Source: Pseudomonadota bacterium
GTDB lineage: Bacteria; Pseudomonadota; Gammaproteobacteria; Steroidobacterales; GCA-2729495
Assembly (NCBI GenBank): GCA_030836925.1
Contig: JAUPLK010000001.1
Span: 1 to 27,018, forward strand
DNA: 27,018 nucleotides
Direction of reading: 5' to 3'
Part shown: positions 24,141 to 27,018 of the stretch, one piece after another
Layout: every line of letters begins with the position of its first letter
How positions within the stretch are numbered: position 1 is the stretch's first letter
Program-made: the position numbers and the translations under genes
The notes under the pieces: model-generated
Told to the model about the DNA's origin: nothing
Seen by the model: the letters and a program-made list of their open reading frames with translations, nothing else
Databases searched by the model: none

Positions 24141-26446
24141 TTTCTGGCCCAGGCCGGGAATTCCTCGGCCGGCATCGGTCTCGCGATCAGAAATCCCTGC
24201 GCCTGTTCGCAACCATTTTGCCCGAGCCAGGCCAGGGCGGCCGGCGTCTCAACCCCTTCGGCGATGACCTGCAATCCCAGGTTGTGGGCCAGGTCTATCG
24301 CTGCACCCACGATCGCCACATCCTTGCTATCGCCCGGCAGGTGGGTGACGAAAGACCGGTCTATCTTGAGTTCATCCACCGGCAGGCGTTTGATCAGGGA
24401 CAGCGAGGAGTAGCCCGTCCCGAAGTCATCGACGGCGATCCGGATGCCGAGGTCGCGCAGGCATTCGAGGATCAGCGTGGCATGTTTGAAATCCAGTACC
24501 ACCGCTTCTTCGGTGATCTCCAGCAGCAGATTGCCTGCCGAAAGGTCGTGATTGCGCAGCAGTTCGAGAATGTAGCAGGGCAGGTTCCGGTCCTGCAGGT
24601 CCCGGCATGAGAGGTTCACCGATACGGGCAGGTCCAGCCCCTCTTCAAGCCACAGGCGACATTCGCGAATCGCGGTGGCCAGTGCCCAGTTGGTGATCAG
24701 CGAGATGTTGCCGGATTTTTCCGCGATCGGTATGAACTGATCGGGGGTCAGAAAGCCGAAGCCGGGATGCTGCCAGCGCACGAGGGCCTCGGCGCCACAG
24801 ACCTGGCCATCGGAAAGCCGTATTTTCGGCTGGAGGTACAGCCTGAACTCGTCATTGCGGGCGGCCTTGCGCAGGTCGCCGAGCAGCGCCATCTGCCGCA
24901 GATGCAGCCCGTCGTTGCCCTCCTGATATATGCAGATCCGCACGCCGGTGTTCCGTGCGTCGTTGCGCGCAACCGCCGCACGTTGCAGCAGCTGCTCGGC
25001 GTCTACGGCATGCTGTGGATAGCTGGCGATACCGACCCGCGCCTCGACACTTACATTGATGTCGCGAACCGAAAGCCCGCCACCCAGCAGCCGCACCAGA
25101 TCCTCGGCGATTTCACTTGCCTGGTCGACGGTGCGTCCGTCGAGCACGATCACGAACTGGTCGCCTTCGATCCGGCCGAGCAGGTGCCGCGCATCGAGGC
25201 CGGCGCGAAGGCGCTCGGCCGCCTGGCAGCGCAGTGCGTCGCTGATGTCATGGCCGAGCGATGAACCGATATCGCTGAAGTTGTTGAGGTCCACCAGCAT
25301 CACGGTGACCGGTTGTTCAGTGGGTGCGGCACGCAGAATGGCGGCCTCAAGTTCGTCAAGTGCCGAGAGGCGGGTCGGCAGGCCGGTGAGTCCGTCGAAG
25401 CGGGCGTGGAGCGTGATGTGCTCCTCGCGGTCGGCAATGCCCCGTTGCATGGCGTTGAGTGCGCTGGCGAGCTCGGCCACTTCGCCGCCGCCCTGCACAT
25501 CGATCGGCTGTTGGTAGTGGCCATCACGGATCCGGCGGGCTGCCTGCACCAGTGCGTTGACCGGCCTGGTAATCGTTCGGGACAGCAGCAGACCGCCGAC
25601 GACAGCCAGACACAGTGTGATCGTGCCGAGCAGCAGCACCGAGTAACGCAGGTTCCGGTAGGGAGCCATGATCGCATCGAGCGGCTCGGACAGCAGAATC
25701 TCGATACCTTGCCGGCCGGGAACGAGTGGCAGCAGCAGCGCAACGTGCTCGGTGTTGCCGGTGCTGATGCGCATGATGCGGCCGGTGTCCGCTGCGGTGC
25801 CGGCCAGATCATTCAGCAGGCTTGTGCTGTCCAGCCCAGCCAGCGAACTGCCGGGTATGGACCACGGCGCCGTGTTGCGTGCGAGCAGGGTGACATCCAG
25901 ACCGGTCAGTGCAGACATGCGTCGGGCGAAGTTTTCCTCCAAAAGCACACCGCTGGCCAGCCAGGCAAGCGGTGCTCCCTCGCCGACCGCCAGGGTAACC
26001 ACTTCATAGTTGTGGTCGTGAACCCTGATGTGAGCCGGTGCCGGACCCTCGGTCATGGCCACGTTCACCAGCTCCGGAAAGTTCTGCGTGCTGCGTGGGT
26101 CTGTTCCGGCCACGATGCGGCCATCTGCGTCAAGGAGGACAAGCAGATCGATCTCGGCACGGTAGCGATGCGCCTTCAGCAGGTCATTCAGTGCAACGAG
26201 ATCCCCGGTACTGACGGCATTGCGGAATTGCGGATCGGTGGCCAGCACGGCACCGGCCGTCCGCAGCCGGGTATGGCGGCCGGTCGACAACTGTCCGGCG
26301 ATGCTGGCTGCCTTGTGCAGTATCTGGTCAGCACGCTTCGAGACTTCCCGGTCGCCGGTCAGCAATACGGTGCTGACCGTGCTGAACTGGGTGAATACGA
26401 CGAGCAGAGCGGCCAGGGCCAGAATTTTTGAACGAAGACTCCGCAT
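23948..26446 (-). CDS. Membrane c-di-GMP signalling protein: TM, periplasmic Cache-like domain, TM, HAMP, degenerate GGDEF, EAL; 832 aa as read (last ~64 aa look like read-through)
   Basis: [22 protein letters not shown]...[17 protein letters not shown] site reads EGDQF. EAL motifs [34 protein letters not shown] and QGF are intact. Confidence 0.93.
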   Translation of the reverse strand: MRSLRSKILALAALLVVFTQFSTVSTVLLTGDREVSKRADQILHKAASIAGQLSTGRHTRLRTAGAVLATDPQFRNAVSTGDLVALNDLLKAHRYRAEIDLLVLLDADGRIVAGTDPRSTQNFPELVNVAMTEGPAPAHIRVHDHNYEVVTLAVGEGAPLAWLASGVLLEENFARRMSALTGLDVTLLARNTAPWSIPGSSLAGLDSTSLLNDLAGTAADTGRIMRISTGNTEHVALLLPLVPGRQGIEILLSEPLDAIMAPYRNLRYSVLLLGTITLCLAVVGGLLLSRTITRPVNALVQAARRIRDGHYQQPIDVQGGGEVAELASALNAMQRGIADREEHITLHARFDGLTGLPTRLSALDELEAAILRAAPTEQPVTVMLVDLNNFSDIGSSLGHDISDALRCQAAERLRAGLDARHLLGRIEGDQFVIVLDGRTVDQASEIAEDLVRLLGGGLSVRDINVSVEARVGIASYPQHAVDAEQLLQRAAVARNDARNTGVRICIYQEGNDGLHLRQMALLGDLRKAARNDEFRLYLQPKIRLSDGQVCGAEALVRWQHPGFGFLTPDQFIPIAEKSGNISLITNWALATAIRECRLWLEEGLDLPVSVNLSCRDLQDRNLPCYILELLRNHDLSAGNLLLEITEEAVVLDFKHATLILECLRDLGIRIAVDDFGTGYSSLSLIKRLPVDELKIDRSFVTHLPGDSKDVAIVGAAIDLAHNLGLQVIAEGVETPAALAWLGQNGCEQAQGFLIARPMPAEEFPAWARNYAADGARRMSSDASAPKPASRTSIENSPPRTGTDCMSNANSVTGNSNARLRQPGLRPVAGTGS

Positions 26447-26518
26447 GGGAGGCTAATCGGCCGGCTGCTGCGGAGCTTTATCCCCGCCGCCCTGTTAATT
26501 GGTCCCGGTCCAGTTTTT

Positions 26519-26534
26519 TGTGACGGACATCGCA
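26519..26534. promoter_or_regulatory. CRP/Clp/Vfr-like binding site TGTGA-cggaca-TCGCA
   Basis: 9 of 10 matches to the TGTGA-N6-TCACA core, in a divergent intergenic region. Confidence 0.45.
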
Positions 26535-26637
26535 TCCGCACAGGCTGTCCCCGCGGGAGCTGAAATCAGTTATGGTTGGCAAAGTGATGAATTTCGTCGC
26601 CAAAAAGAATCGTTCTCAACCTTCCGGAGCCGCCACG

Positions 26638-27018
26638 ATGACCAAGACCTCGACCATGAAGCCTTTTGCGCCGGGCGATATTTTTCTCGGCTGTACCTAC
26701 CTGATGAACGTGCCCGGTGACGACCATGCCGGCGAAGGGCGCATCCTGCAGTACGACCGCAACATGGTGCCGAAGGGCACACTGTATACGGAAGGCACCA
26801 GTCATCTGATCGTCAATCTGCGCTTCGGGCCGGACGGGACGCTGTGGGGTTTCGATCCCTTCGAGTACGCGGTGGTGCGTGTCTCGCCGGAGGGCAGGCA
26901 GTTGCCGTCGGCTGATCTCGGCATGCGCGCCTGGGGCAACGTGTGTTTTGCGGCGGACGGCAGTATCTGGCTGGGTGAATACCTGAAGGGTGACAAGCCC
27001 TACCAGGGCGGCGACATG
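26638..27018 (+). CDS. Hypothetical protein, N-terminal 127 codons only (runs off the window); beta-propeller-like repeats
   Basis: GGAG 8 nt upstream of ATG 26638. Open to the end of the window: MTKTSTMKPFAPGDIFLGCTYL...LRFGPDGTLWGFD...VCFAADGSIWLGEY. Absent from the ORF track because it has no stop in the window. Confidence 0.75.
   Translation, partial: MTKTSTMKPFAPGDIFLGCTYLMNVPGDDHAGEGRILQYDRNMVPKGTLYTEGTSHLIVNLRFGPDGTLWGFDPFEYAVVRVSPEGRQLPSADLGMRAWGNVCFAADGSIWLGEYLKGDKPYQGGDM

Noticed and set aside
26447-26637. c-di-GMP riboswitch near the EAL gene (GCACAGG segment)
   Set aside because: Lacks the GGCAAAC...GAAA...GACGC core and paired elements of the c-di-GMP-I aptamer.
1-27018. CRISPR arrays, IS elements, prophage or defence genes
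   Set aside because: No regularly spaced repeats, transposase, integrase, phage or nuclease/NTPase defence motifs seen. Composition looks uniform by eye.

Overview
GC-rich chromosomal window, most likely from a Gammaproteobacterium (inferred from the TIGR02449-zapA-6S RNA-ygfA / ygfB-pepP synteny). I see no IS, integrase, prophage or CRISPR array. Left to right: (i) a glutaryl-CoA dehydrogenase-like gene flanked by two AraC-family regulators; (ii) rplM-rpsI-tRNA-Gln(CTG); (iii) on the minus strand TIGR02449-zapA-6S RNA-ygfA, then a stand-alone 28-aa Lys-rich small ORF with a three-hairpin 3' region, then rpiA; (iv) a roughly 12.6 kb, tightly packed plus-strand run: ygfB-pepP-[7TM inactive transglutaminase + RimK-like ATP-grasp ligase, where ubiH/ubiI usually sit]-gcvT-gcvH-gcvPA-gcvPB-PfkB/adenosine kinase-large tandem HtrA protease; (v) an SDR lipoprotein, an AKR / LEA_2 / hemerythrin-like / beta-helix membrane protein cluster, a HAMP-GGDEF(degenerate)-EAL protein, and an ORF cut by the window end that the ORF track lacks. 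The most notable items are the signal-peptide-bearing bacterial protease with the duplicated active+degenerate architecture of eukaryotic DEG7/Nma111 (17236-20046), the 28-aa hyper-basic peptide unit (5527-5779) and the two-gene 7TM-transglutaminase/ATP-grasp module. All family calls come from motif recognition by eye; no database search was run.
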